From: Octopus vulgaris
Taxonomy: Eukaryota
Reading direction: 5' to 3'
Assembly: GCA_951406725.2 (NCBI GenBank)
Contig: OX597819.1
Location: 129,766,001 to 129,830,000 of the forward strand
Length of the DNA stretch: 64,000 nucleotides
The translations under genes and the position numbers were made by a program. A model generated the notes under the pieces. It worked only from the letters and a program-made list of their open reading frames with translations, had not been told where the DNA came from and searched no databases. This document shows, one piece after another, positions 18,301 to 30,872 of this stretch. How positions within the stretch are numbered: the stretch's first letter is position 1; the number at the start of each line of letters is the position of its first letter.

Positions 18301-19240
18301 ATGATGTTTATTCTTAGTGAAACAGCTGTTGAAGGTAATTAAATTATGATCTTTCTGTAAAATTTATACTGTTATGTTTTTTATTCTCTATGTATTTATA
18401 AATGTATATAGGAAGGTGTGTATTTGTATTTGTGTATGCATGTATATATATGTGAGCAAGTATATATATGTATATATGAATCATATGTAATATATGTTTC
18501 TATGTATGTAGCTATGTATGAATGTATGTATGCTTTTGCTTTCAGGATTTAAGTTCAAAAACTGTAAGCCAGTCACAAATAGAACGATTTTGCTTGAGTC
18601 ACGAACAGTTCCAAGGATTTGTGAAGATAATGAAGAGTCAGAGTCAGCGTCAGTGTGTGTGTGTGTGTCTGTGTGTGTGTGTGTGTGTGTATATATAAGA
18701 AGAGAAATGAACACAGTTTACATAGGTTTAATATATTTTAAATATATTTTATAAATGAAAGAGTTTTGTGTTTGCCGACCGGTTTCACTGTCGCTAATCA
18801 TGACATTGAAATTATTGTAATTTCGTATTTTCTTTATGAAGATTTTAGTCCATGTTGTGTACGGAGATTTGTGAATAAAATGAATCAAAAGGTAGAAAAA
18901 TCTAAGGGGAGGCAATTGCTCATTTTTGGGGAGGGGGTAAATAAATATACAAAATTTCAAAAAGATGAAACATTTACGGTGATGTGTATGTGAACATGAA
19001 TTAAAATATATACTGAGATCAAAGTTGGTTATGCGTTCTTATTTTGTGGTGTTCAGTATTTTACTATGACTATTCTTTATTTATACGTTCTTGTACAGAA
19101 ATTGTTTCTTTGCACTGGTAAATGAGGAAAACTGTGAAGCTTGGTTGGATATTACCAGCACATCTCTATGTGTTCACTCAAAGGAATATGTTTGTACTGT
19201 GGCAAACGGATCCGTTCCTTATGCTGAAAGGAGACGCTAA
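18301..19240 (+). CDS. Candidate 4-exon gene (18301-18334, 18546-18648, 18849-18983, 19099-19240) for a 137-aa, 8-Cys, possibly secreted protein; may be a pseudogene
   Basis: GT-AG introns in compatible phases 1,2,2 (donors gtaatt, gtcagt, weak gtgtat; acceptors ctttcag, ttttag, gtacag) give MMFILSETAVEG-FKFKNCKP...RICED...APCCVRR...INCFFALVNEENCEAWLDITSTSLCVHSKEYVCTVANGSVPYAERRR*. AATAAA at 19475. Confidence 0.4.
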
Positions 19241-19484
19241 ATCGTCGAACCACATTAACTATCATCATTATTATTATTATCACACACGGGTCGAAATTCC
19301 CATTCACTTTGGGAGAGTTTAGCCACTTTAGCCAGTTTAACCAGTCTAGCCACTTACGTGCTATTCTTGACTGGCTACACATGTGTCGAAGCTTGCCATG
19401 GAACTTGATATAGATATATTTGGGGTACTTATACACATTCATAACATTGCTTCTGCTTTTCCATAATGTTATCGAATAAAGCTA

Positions 19485-20203
19485 CCTAAATCATCTACAT
19501 GTTTGAATCAAATGGTCCTGGTTCATTTTGGACATTACTTTGACCAGGGCAGCTTTCAAAGAATCTTTGGTGTTATGGGCGTGTTCACTGACCTCCCTCT
19601 CAACAACGCTCCACATGTTTTGAGATCCGGGGAATTAGGAGGCCAAATGTTAGGGGTTATGTGATCCTGAAAATTTTCAGCCATTTATTCCTGTGTTAGA
19701 GCCATGTTTATTCCTGTGTTAGAGCCATGTTTGATAGTGTAGAGTCTTACTGAAACACATATGGCCTTCCATTACATACACTGTCTATCCAGGGCTTAAC
19801 AATTGTTTCCAGGACCTCGATGTAGGCGGCAGAGTTAACTCTAAGGTCTTGTGGAAAGACGTAAGGAGGAATCATATTTCCTTCATTGCTGACGACCCCT
19901 GACAGTCTCAGGAAATTTTGTATGTATAACACTTGGAACTTCAGAAGGGTCTGCACATAACCATCTGTCATTTCTTCTGTTGACTTTTTGATCTTGGTCA
20001 ATGTTTTTCTCGTTTGAAAAAAACTAAATCAAATCTTCTTCTGCTGGATTTTTCAGTTTGTTTAAGAACCTTTTAGATCTGATGTAGTGATTTTCTTTTG
20101 CATCTTCTGACAAATTGACCTTTCCTCATCATATAAGATCTGATGTCTTCGTGGGCAACATTTCTGACTGTTCCTTCTGACGCATGGAGATCTTTTGCAA
20201 TTG
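19485..20203 (-). pseudogene. Tc1/mariner transposase remnant, maT/DD37D-like
   Basis: Minus strand, frameshifted: IAKDLHASEGTVR...FFSNEKNIDQDQKVNRRNDRWLC...GVVSNEGNMIPPYVF...YVFQ*DS...NIWPPNSPDL...VWSVVEREV. 23-bp tandem duplication at 19684-19729; no TIRs seen. Confidence 0.8.
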
Positions 20204-20237
20204 TGTATGTGTGTGTAAAATGTCTCAGAGTTTTTTT

Positions 20238-20690
20238 TTATTGCTGATGCTGTCTATAAATCTAGTGTTGGTGTTGACTGAAGTATAGAAGACGGGACCT
20301 GTAACAATGCGCCAAATATAACTTTATTTATGATGGTTGCACAACAGAAGAATAGACAACAGGAAAATGTTTAATTCGGTCAGGGAATTATGATGTCACA
20401 GTTGATAAATTTGAAAGAATTAATTCCAGAAATATACTTTCAATATCTAAAAAGGCTGAAGATTGTGAAGACGTGAGCAGAATTGTCCTGCGTAAGAGAA
20501 ATCGACCATTATGACGTCATAATATAATGGCATCGAAATTTGTAAAAGATATACGGTACAATGGGAAAAAGTTACGAACTCTATCGGTTCCTTTCAATTT
20601 TCTGTGCAGGATTATGACGTCATAGGATGCACTGTTCAGCATTATTTTCGTTGTCAACATTATTGGAGTGGTTTCAGAGTATGTTAGACA
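20238..20690. repeat. Ancient low-copy repeat with ATTATGACGTCATAAT palindromes
   Basis: Aligns by eye with 27605-27785 plus 28210-28325 and with 32628-32850 (TTGGTGTTGACTGA, ATTATGACGTCATA, CATTATTTTCGTTGTCAA blocks). Confidence 0.65.
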
Positions 20691-20802
20691 TTTTCTTTTT
20701 TTTAAAGTTTAATTGAATAAGCGATTGGTAAAGATGTCTGAATCTTTTGGTGGAGCTGTCTATAAAATGTCACCAATTTCGTGCTCAGTATTCTGGTAGA
20801 CT

Positions 20803-21018
20803 AAGGCGGCGAGCTGGCAGAGTCGTTAGCATGCCGAGAAAAATGTTTAGCGGCATTTCGTCAATCTTTACGTTTTGAGTTCAAATTCCGCTGCAGTCGA
20901 CTGTTCCTTTCATCCTGTTGGGGTCGATAGAATAAGTATTAGTTGAGCACTGGGATCGGTGTAATCGATTTAGTCCCTTCCTCTAAATTGCTGACCTTGT
21001 GCCAAAATTTGAAACCAA
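20803..21018 (+). mobile_element. SINE family B, alternative 3' tail
   Basis: Family B head and core followed by AAATTGCTGACCTTGTGCCAAAATTTGAAACCA. Confidence 0.8.
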
Positions 21019-21019
21019 T

Positions 21020-21236
21020 TTTCTGTTTGGAAAGAAAAATCAAGGATGTTATTGCAGTAGACAGGATTTTCGTCTTCGTTGAAATAAGGAAAAAATGTCT
21101 CTGCTGATATTTCAGTTTCTGGTTGAAGCCAGTTCTTTCCTTTTGGTTTGGATGCTAAGGTTTAGCAAACTGCTATGACAACCTGAGGTCTCGTATCATT
21201 TCATTAAGTTCTTTTGGCGGGAACTGCTTTGAGGTG
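21020..21236 (-). pseudogene. Chapaev3-like (CMC) transposase remnant
   Basis: Minus strand PKELNEMIRDLRLS*Q...KGKNWLQPETEIS...FFPYFNEDENPVYCNNI; paralogous to 28575-28757. Family assignment is from recalled motif similarity only. Confidence 0.5.
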
Positions 21237-21814
21237 AAAAAAAAAAAAAAAACTTACTGCGGATTCGTTTTCACTGCTACTTCCTTTAGTACACACCAAG
21301 ATATGCTTTTCTTCAATATCAGACAGAGAGGTATACTCAGGTATGAGAATTTCTTTACAATGTGAGACAGGTAGTTTTTCAGATTACAAATCAGAATATC
21401 CCCTTGGAATTTAAAAAAAAATTGAAACCTCTCACATTAACAAAAAAAAAAAAATAACAATCATTGTGGTGGTTTTGTGGCTCTCGTCACACCAGAGATT
21501 ATCCGAAATTAAAATGTTATCATGAAATTATCTGTCTATTTATCCATTATCGAAAGGACTCTACACAGGATTTGTGTATCTTAAGGGGAGATCATGACTT
21601 ATCTTGATTTACTCTAAAATAAGAAAGAATAAAAAAAGATACGCATATTTTACAAAGTCAATGCTTTTCTCTTGTACATTTGCCACCGACGTAGCAGAAT
21701 ACATTTGGATTGTTCAAACAGCCTCTTCGGGAAGAACTCCTTTTTACATCTTTATTTCATAAAAATAATAAATAAATAAATGAAAACAATTATTAAATCC
21801 TAACAGACAAGTAA

Positions 21815-21956
21815 TAAAAAGGGAAATGTAAAGATGTGCACGACCACCCTTGGACGGTTTTGAATGACCATAGAAAGTGCGAGCCTTTAACTGAAAAATT
21901 GTGGATTTGTATAAAGGACACACAGACAGACAGACATTTTGCCGTTTATATAGAGA
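21815..21956 (-). mobile_element. Helitron-like 5' end fragment
   Basis: Minus strand TCTCTATATAAACGGCAAAATGTCTGTCTGTCTGTGTG, same layout as 6225 and 29351. Confidence 0.45.
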
Positions 21957-22031
21957 TTAAGTAATAATTTCGAAGGAAATGATATTAAAACGTAGGTAAA
22001 TAAGTTATTTTTTTTTTATTAAACATTACTT

Positions 22032-22435
22032 GGCGCAGGAGTGGCTGTGTGGTAAGTAGCTTGTTTACCAACCACATGGTACCGGGTTCAGTCCCACTGC
22101 GTGGCATCTTGGGCAAGTGTCTTCTACTATAGCCTCGGGCCGACCAAAGCCTTGTGAGTGGATTTAGTAGACGGAAACTGAAAGAAGCCCGTCGTATATA
22201 TGTATATATATGTATATGTGTGTGTGCGTGTATGTTTGTGTTTGTCCCCCTAGCATTGCTTGACAACCGATGCTGGTGTGTTTATGTCCCTGTCACTTAG
22301 CGGTTCGGCAAAAGAGACCGATAGAATAAGTACTGGGCTTACAAAGAATAAGTCCCGGGGTCGAGTTGCTCGATTAAAGGCGGTGCTCCAGCATGGCCGC
22401 AGTCAAATGACTGAAACAAGTAAAAGAGTAAAGAG
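22032..22435 (+). mobile_element. SINE family A, full length
   Basis: Complete head, internal microsatellite and GTAAAAGA tail. Confidence 0.9.
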
Positions 22436-22984
22436 TTCGAGGGTTCTTTGGTACCATCTTATATGTAGATAAAAACTATGTTGCATCTGTTAGTAAATAT
22501 GCTTGAAGAGTTAAAAACTTCAACAGTGATATAAGATATAACATTTCCTGATGAGCATCCTTAACTGGTCAAGTTGCCGAATGTCAAGAGTATTATGACT
22601 CCTGACCAAACATAGCACATGCCATACTTTTTAAAATGATTTAGAAAAATCTCAGTGTATCATAGAGATTTGAAGGGTATTATTTATTTCATAAGCTAAA
22701 GCCAATCTGGCGAAACCGATGTCAGTTTTGGATTCGATACGCTCAAATTACCATGAATTTATTCTATTATTTTTGGCAACTAAACACACACACACACACA
22801 CACACACATGTACACACACACACAAACATACACACACACACGCGCGCGCGCGCACGCACACACACACATACACACATACACACACACACACACATACACA
22901 CACAAACACACACACACATGTATACACACACACATACACACACATACTTTTGTTGTTGGCCACTGATATAAAATATCTTCAAAA

Positions 22985-23270
22985 TGTTTTCTTTCATCAA
23001 AGAGATCTCGCTTCAGGTAGCAGCCTCTCGATTTCGGAATGACAATCGACTCGCTTTCGTCAATCAACAAAGAGGAGATTGGAACTATAGCAGCCTCTGT
23101 GATAGTTATAAAGGGGTAGATAACCAGGTAATGATACCGCAAGATGGAGTTAGTTTCTCGATTCGACGATACAAGCTATTACAGTCATTTGTAAAGTATC
23201 ATTACTATAAAACTCCTTAGTTTAACAAAGTTGAAGACCCGGAATTAAATCAGCATTTTAACCTGTTTTT
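22985..23270. repeat. Ancient repeat, inverted paralog of 31570-32230
   Basis: Shared blocks GTAGCA(G/A)CCTCT, GTGATAGT(T/C)ATAA, TAGTTTCTCGATTC, GGAATTAAA once the SINE at 31751-32140 is removed. Confidence 0.6.
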
Positions 23271-25476
23271 CATTACAACTTGGTGCATACATACATACAT
23301 ACATACATACATACATACATACATACATACATACATACATACATACATACATACATACATACATACATACATAATGGCTTCAAAATCGTGTTCGAGTATC
23401 ACCATCGCCTAATCGAAAGTCCTACACATGCGAAAGCTATGACCAGCCATTTTTGTGACAGGTCTTACTTTTTTTCAAGTGATGTCAGTGCATGATGATT
23501 TTTTTTATAGTGGGGAAAGGATTTGCACAAATCTAATTCCACCCTCTGAACATGGGCAACGTGAGCTCGAAAAGAAGAACTAGTTTACATCATCGAATAT
23601 TGTCAGTGTCGCAGGTTTTCTCTCAGAGATTCCGTCTCCTAGAAAGATGTGACAACAAAGGGGCCTCCCCCTCCCAGCGGGCCAACCGCGTGCCTGGACA
23701 CCAACCCGGGTATTTCCACGTCTCCGCGCATACATACATGAATACATACACCTGTACACAGATTGTTGGATGACCGTTGATTGCTCATGAGCTCTTCCGC
23801 CCTTTCACAGATCTTATTTTGCGTCCTGCAGGATGTTCAACAATCACCCGTCTCGCCAAGCAAGCTTGATGGGGTGGCCAGTTTAGTCGCCGACGACCCG
23901 ACAATTTCATTAGTTATGATACCCGTAATTGTATTCTCCATTCATTAATTTCATATTTCTGTAACAAAGTCATCATGTCTGAAACTTACAATTACTGATA
24001 TAGGTATAAAGTGAAAAAGACGAAACCCCAAAGTTCAAAGATTATGACGTCAGGGTTTGCTTTGGTTCTTCAGATGTCAACGTCCACCAACATACCACAG
24101 AAGATTGTGCAGACAGTTCAAAAACACGGGAAGTTGGTCAAATAAAGAAATGGCTCCAGAAAGTTCTTCTAAGACCATGCAATTAAAAAAACAAAAGCGA
24201 TTTGGCTTTTATCGCACAGGTGAATTAAAGTTAGAATTTGTTTAAAAGGCGACAATTTCGTAAGATGTGCTCGCAAGGAGCAGTCGCTCCCTTTGCTTCA
24301 CTATTAGCTATGCTACTGAAGTTACTGGATATCAAGTGAGGCAGACTTGGGATATCCCCTTATGTCCTACTGAATTATGGAATAATATTGAACAGACTAA
24401 CGTTCTTCGACTCTCACTCTTTTGCAATTCATATTCCTTCAACACTGATCCATTGATGAGCCACCTTACTTCTCTTCCGTATCATCTTCAGGATTCTTCA
24501 GAGAGTGTGGAGTATCCCTGGGTGGATTTTGTAAATCTCGTAAGGTATTCCACTCAGTCCGTGTGCTCAACTTGTTCTTGCCTCCGTTAGCCGGGTTCCT
24601 TTCTACGGAATTCTAGAGCTATTGAAAATAATTCAATCAAAGACTCCTAGTTACTAAGGTCTTGGTTAAGGGATCCCTCCTCCGATGAATCTCTGAAGTA
24701 AATGCTTAGCTTTTAAAGACGTGAACTAGCTACATTGTTTATTCCTCAGCAGCTGTTTCGTGAACCCATTTTGATATGTTAGAAAGACAGTTCGTTTCCG
24801 AGTCATCCTTGTTTTCTATGTCACCAAGTTCTCCTCAGGGCCATGAAGTTCTAGTTGAGAATGCTCCGCACCGCCGTGTGAGACCCCACTTCTCTCTTGC
24901 CTCCAGCTCTTCTGCTCTTCAGTCCCCTGCTCTTCAGCTCCGACTTTTGCTGATGAATCGTGCTTGTCCTGTTATGATAGAGGAAAGTTTATCCGTGCTT
25001 TACTCCATCTCGACCTCCGTCGGTCATTATTTGGAGGCGACTTCCCGCACCACTCCTGATCTCAAGAGAGAATCGATACCTTCGTCAGATCAAACCCCCT
25101 TCGCCATGTTGGCTTGGAGTCATTTTACTCGGCGTTATTCTGGGGTTAACGGGCAACTGAGATTGCGACACCTGGAAATTTGGGGGAATTTGGATTGATT
25201 CCGAGCCTGGCATCTAATTTGTTTCATCAAAGTTTGCTTGTGTGTGTTGTAGAACTTCTGTCTGTACGCATTTGATCTTAGTTTGACGAGTTCCGAGTTT
25301 CATTAATAACTTCCTGGAAATACTTTTTGAGACCTACGGAGATGTACTCGCATAGCAAGTGACCTGATCTGAGATCGTGTCCTGAAACGAAAACAATTGC
25401 AGCGTGGAAGGTGTTTGTAAGCCATTTAAGAAACACACACAAAAGCCGTTCCATTCACTTCAACATTTAAGTTTAA

Positions 25477-25526
25477 TTTGTCAAAATATTTTCGTCGCTA
25501 AAATCCGCGACCTGTTCACTGACAAA
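25477..25526 (-). ncRNA. Minimal type I hammerhead ribozyme, G3-C8 swapped core
   Basis: Minus strand: TTTGTCA-GTGAACA-G-GTCGC(GGATTTTA)GCGAC-GAAA-ATAT-TT-TGACAAA. 7-bp stem I, 5-bp stem II, palindromic stem III, UUU triplet. Confidence 0.75.
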
Positions 25527-25544
25527 AGTCCGTGCTGCATCTCT

Positions 25545-25594
25545 TTTGTCAGTGAACAGGTCGCGGATTTTAGCGACGAAAATATATTGACAAA
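25545..25594 (+). ncRNA. Second copy of the G3-C8 hammerhead, U16.1 changed to A (probably inactive)
   Basis: Same as the minus-strand copy except GAAA-ATAT-AT-TGACAAA. Confidence 0.6.
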
Positions 25595-25756
25595 TTAAAC
25601 TTAAATGTTGAAGTGAATGGAACGGCTTTTGTGTGTGTTTCTTAAATGGCTTACAAACACCTTCCACGCTGCAATTGTCTTTTTGAGACCGATGTATCAT
25701 TAACCATTGGTGCGACAGAATGGTATACAAACAATCATTCACACATATACGCGTGC

Positions 25757-25810
<54 letters not shown>

Positions 25811-26256
25811 ACACACACACACACAAAACTTTGTATAATTGAAGTGTTTCTCTAAAATATGTGTCCTTTACTTTTTATAACCTAGTAGTTGGACAAACAG
25901 ACTGGAATAAAATACGTACGACACTGGAATAAATAATGGTGTGGATATGCTCGACTAAAAGTCTCCGACGGTGGTACAATTGTTGATTTATTTGATAATA
26001 CAGAAACGAGTGAAAGGACAAAATATTTTCAATTCATACGATGTATCTCTCTTAAAATATTACAGCATAAATTCTTTATTTTCTTATGCCCCGCAATTTA
26101 GAAATGCCCGTTAGTTTCAGATTGGAACCTCAAGCAGGTTTTCTGCGCTGAAAGAGAGTGATTGAGAATTTAGAGTTACACGTAACGGCTTGGACATCCC
26201 GCAACCATGTTATGACTCCAACCAGCAAGCTGTCGATGGTGTTTAAAGTCTCAAAT

Positions 26257-26554
26257 ATTATATTGTAAAAGAGGAGCGGATCTCCGCCTGTCTGTCCGTC
26301 ACAACATCAATTAGAAAGAGGGAAAAAAGGGGAGGAATCAAAATATATTTCACAATGTAGTTTTAGAACAAGAGGAGAAAGGATGAGAAAGAAACACAGT
26401 GAGAGAAATACAGTGAGAGAGGGAGAAAGAGAGAGAGAGAGAGAGAGTGTGGGTGTGTGTATGCGTGAAGAAAAAAAAGATACATACACATAGATACATA
26501 CATAAATAGGTATTGTTGCTATAGTAACTAACAAGTTTTGATTAAAAACGCGGC

Positions 26555-26626
<72 letters not shown>

Positions 26627-26832
26627 TGTGTTTATGTCTTCCAACACAGAGGCAACGCAACGCATACTAAAAACGACTGTCACTGTAATGACAGATTGTT
26701 GATGTCGAGAAAAAATTCAGGGACAGATAAATTGATAGAGAAAGAGAGAGAAAGAGAGTGTGTGTTGGGGGTGAAAGATAAAATTAAAAATTGCTTCAAG
26801 GAAAAACAGGCTGATGTTGTTGAGAGTACAAT

Positions 26833-26896
<64 letters not shown>

Positions 26897-27055
26897 AGAA
26901 AGAGCGTGTGTTTGTGTATGTGTGAAAGATAGGTAGACTGTTGCCACCATAGTAATTAACAAAGTTTTCATTACATAATAGTCTGCTATTAAAAGAAGGT
27001 ACTTTTATGACTAATAAATGTTTTTACCGGCAGCGTAGCGACGGGTTAGACCTAG
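26257..27055 (+). mobile_element. Possible degraded non-autonomous Helitron
   Basis: TGTCTGTCCGTCAC near the 5' side; CCGGCAGCGTAGCGACGGG hairpin followed by CTAG at 27052-27055; microsatellite-filled interior. Confidence 0.35.
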
Positions 27056-27794
27056 AGTTCCTACAACCGACCCTGGAAATTTGATTGACCGTCTTGACTA
27101 CGTGTAGTTACAGATGGTTATTTCTTAATTCCAATTTTTGTCTAATTTTTTATAGTATTTGTAGTCACTTGATATGAATAAATTAAAGCATATTATCACA
27201 GGAATGATAAATATTTGATATATCAAATTGTAAGAGAAAAGAAATAAAAATGTCGATTTATTCCCTTAGTTTCAGTTTTGCTAAAACGAGAATTATGTTT
27301 GCATCAATGATAGCATTGTAAATAAATGGAACAGCCTGCAGCTAGTTTTCAAAATCGTTACGGACCCCTACTCGACATATACGATTTGTTCAATGACTAA
27401 ATATCTGATAATGTAAGCACACACACGAACAGGCACACATGCAAACACATACACAAACACACACAAATGCATGTGAGGAGTCTGTATGAATGTGTTTATG
27501 TGTGTGTATGTGCGCCTGTTTATGTGTGTGCGTGTGTTTGTGTGTGTATGTGTAATTTCAAATGCTTACCCATCACACATTTAAATGTTTCATTGCTATA
27601 TAGCTTACAGACAATGCTGTTTATATCCGGTTGGTGTTGACTGACGCATTGAATGTTGGGAAGACGAAGGCAGATTTTCCCGCGCAAGAGAAATTGGCAC
27701 ATTATGACGTCATAATGTAATGGTATCGAAACTTCTAAAAGATATACGGTACATACGGCACAATTGGAAAAAGGTACCACCTACTCGTATATTA

Positions 27795-28207
27795 TTCTTT
27801 TTTTATTCTTTTATTCTTTTACTTGTTTCAGTCATTTGACTGCGGCCATGCTGTAGCACTGCCTTTAATCGAGCAATCGACCCCGGGACTTATTCTTTTG
27901 TAAGCCCAGTACTTATTCTATCGGTCTCTTTTGCCGAACCGCTAAGTAACGGGGACATAAACACACCAGCATCGGTTGTCAAGCAATGCTAAGGGGGACA
28001 AACACAGACACACAAACACACACACGCATATATATACATATATACGACGGGCTTCTTTCAGTTTCCGTCTACCAAATCCACTCACAAGGCTTTGGTCGGC
28101 CCGAGGCTATAGTAGAAGACACTTGCCCAACGTGCCACGCAGTGGGACTGAACCCAGTACCATGTGGTTCGTAAGCACGCTACTTACCACACAGCCACTC
28201 CTGCGCC
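27795..28207 (-). mobile_element. SINE family A, full length
   Basis: Reverse complement of the family A sequence; interrupts the ancient repeat. Confidence 0.9.
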
Positions 28208-28337
28208 TTTTATTAGTTCCTTTCAATTTTATATGTAGGATTATAAGAGCATAACAGAAAACATTGTTCAACATTATTTTCGTTGTCAAAATTATTGGAG
28301 TGGTTTCAGGATATGTTTGAGATTATCATATTCTTTA

Positions 28338-28492
28338 ATCTGTTGTGTCTGGGGAGAGTCATTTTCTTTTTGTGCCTTATACACTCACCGGTAAAATTTC
28401 CACTTTTTTTCCCCTTATTTTTATTTTCCTAAAATTTTCGTTGCGTCTTGCAACCCTTTCAATAGTTTTACCGGAAATTTTACCGGTGTGTG
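28338..28492. mobile_element. Short Penelope-like terminal-repeat insertion with partial inverted arm
   Basis: CACTCACCGGTAAAATTTCC (28382-28401) is inverted at 28473-28492; a hammerhead motif lies between. Confidence 0.55.
28429..28465 (-). ncRNA. Minimal type I hammerhead-like motif, U3-A8 core (A9 reads G)
   Basis: Minus strand: CTA-TTGAAAG-G-GTTGC(AAGAC)GCAAC-GAAA-AT-TT-TAG; loop-less palindromic stem III. Confidence 0.5.
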
Positions 28493-28574
28493 CATTGTGT
28501 AATAAAACACATCTGAATCTTCTGGCGGAGAATCACAACAATCTTGTGCTAAGTTTTCAGGTAGACAAATTTAG

Positions 28575-28757
28575 AAAGAAAGATCAGAGACATTACTGCA
28601 GCAGACGAGATTTCCATATTCGTTGAAGTAGAAATGAAATCTTTGTTCTCTTTTTCGATTGGCTGTTACTTCAGTTTCTGGTCGTAGACAGTTCTTTTCT
28701 TTTGACCTGGATCTTTATGTTCGGTAGGCTGCTTTGATAAACTGAGGTCTCGTATTA
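28575..28757 (-). pseudogene. Chapaev3-like transposase remnant, second copy
   Basis: Minus strand IRDLSLSKQ...KEKNCLRPETEVTANRKREQRFHFYFNEYGNLVCCSNV. Confidence 0.5.
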
Positions 28758-29190
28758 AGTTTTTTTTTTTGGTGTTAAAAACTTACTGCTTCTTTTCTTT
28801 TACCTGTTTCAGTCATTAGACTGCGGCCATGCTGGAGCACCGCCTTAAAAGGAAATGAAGATATTCATGTGTCGATAAAAAGCTCAATTTTCAAGTGCTC
28901 TTTCCTTGATCCGTGTGTGGCATATATCTCTTCATTTTCACTGATACCATCTATATACACACCAAGCTGTGTCTCGGTCTCATCGATAACATTATTGATG
29001 AGACAAAATGGGACACATTTACAAATGCACATAAACACAAGCATACTCACACAGTTGTATATAAAAGCTTGTTTTTTAAGTCTGTCTCACTTTATATCCA
29101 GTAACTTAGTTCTTCTATAAAATGTTATATAAAGTTGTTATAAAAGTGTTGAATAAAAAAAGTACGAAGCTGAAATAAGTGAGGGAAATA

Positions 29191-29276
<86 letters not shown>

Positions 29277-29286
29277 ACTACATATT

Positions 29287-29338
<52 letters not shown>

Positions 29339-29350
29339 ACTACTTATTTA

Positions 29351-29599
29351 TCTATATATATATAAAACTTAGAATGTGTGTCTGTCTGTCTGTGTGTTTC
29401 CCTAAAACTTGAGAACTACACAACCAATTTCATTCAAATTTTACACATGCCTTACTTAGGGTCCATGTAGTGTCATGGACAAAAAAAAATGTTTAACTTC
29501 TTGCCTAGAGCGAGCCCACAGCAATATCACATCTTCTCCACTATTTCAGTATTATGTGTTAAAAGTGAAACAAAAGCATCTCTCTATTGTATGTATATG

Positions 29600-29672
<73 letters not shown>

Positions 29673-30132
29673 ATATATACATGTATATGTAAACATGTAT
29701 GTCTAGATGTATATATAGATGTACATGTAACATGTACACATATATATATACATATATATACATGCATACATATATACACCCGTACACACACACCGATCCA
29801 CCGACACACACACACACACATACACACACACACATAAGTGCAGGTGTGGCTGTGTGGTAACAAACTTTGTTCCAAAACATGGTCCTGGGTTCAGTCCCAC
29901 TGTGTGGTAACTTGTCTGTCTGTCTGTGTGTTTCCCTAAAACTTGAGAACTACACAACCAATTTCATTCAAATTTTACACATGCCTTACTTAGGGTCCAT
30001 GTAGTGTCATGGGCAAAAAAAATGTTTAACTTCTTGCCTAGAGCGAGCCCACAGCAATATCACATCTTCTCCACTATTTCAGTATTATGTGTTAAAAGTG
30101 AAACAAAAGCATCTCTCTATTGTATGTATATG

Positions 30133-30207
<75 letters not shown>

Positions 30208-30790
30208 ATATATATACATGTATAATGTATATGTAAACATGTATGTCTAGATGTATATATAGATGTATATGTAACATGTACACATATATATATACATATA
30301 TATACATGCATACATATATACACCCGTACACACACACCGATCCACCGACACACACACACACACATACACACACACACATAAGTGCAGGTGTGGCTGTGTG
30401 GTAACAAACTTTGTTCCAAAACATGGTCCTGGGTTCAGTCCCACTGTGTGGTAACTTGGCATGTGTCTTCTACTATAGCCTCAGACCAACCAAAGCATTG
30501 TCAGTGGATTTTGTAGACAGAAACTGAAAGAAATCAATCGTATATATATGTATGTATATATGTAAGTCTGTGTGTGTGTCTTTATGCTTCTCCCTCATCA
30601 CTGCTTCACAACTGGTGTTCGTTTATTTACATCCCCATAACTTACTAGTTTCACAAGAAGATACTGATAGAATAAGTACCAGGCTTATCAAAATATAAAA
30701 CAGCACTACGAAGTGTCTCATATTTTTGTTTGCCCACTCAGTTGTATCTATCAATTTATCTTTGTGTGTGTGTGTATGTGTGTATATATG

Positions 30791-30872
<82 letters not shown>

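Larger units (their letters stand above)
25335..25678. mobile_element. Penelope-like insertion: head-to-head inverted terminal repeats with 12-bp TSD
   Basis: 136-bp inverted arms 25393-25528 / 25543-25678 with a 14-bp spacer; CTTTTTGAGACC at 25323-25334 and 25679-25690; a hammerhead motif in each arm. Confidence 0.85.

Noticed and set aside
21985-22472. Recurrent peptides such as RRASFSFRLPNPLTRLWSARGYSRRHLPK
   Set aside because: Translations of SINE family A, not a gene family.
22544-22590. CTGATGAG followed by a hairpin
   Set aside because: GAAA incomplete and stem I does not pair; at best a heavily decayed motif.
23760-23905. GC-rich block resembling an RTE-type 5' UTR, possible HDV-like ribozyme
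   Set aside because: Could not build the nested double pseudoknot by eye; single copy in the window.
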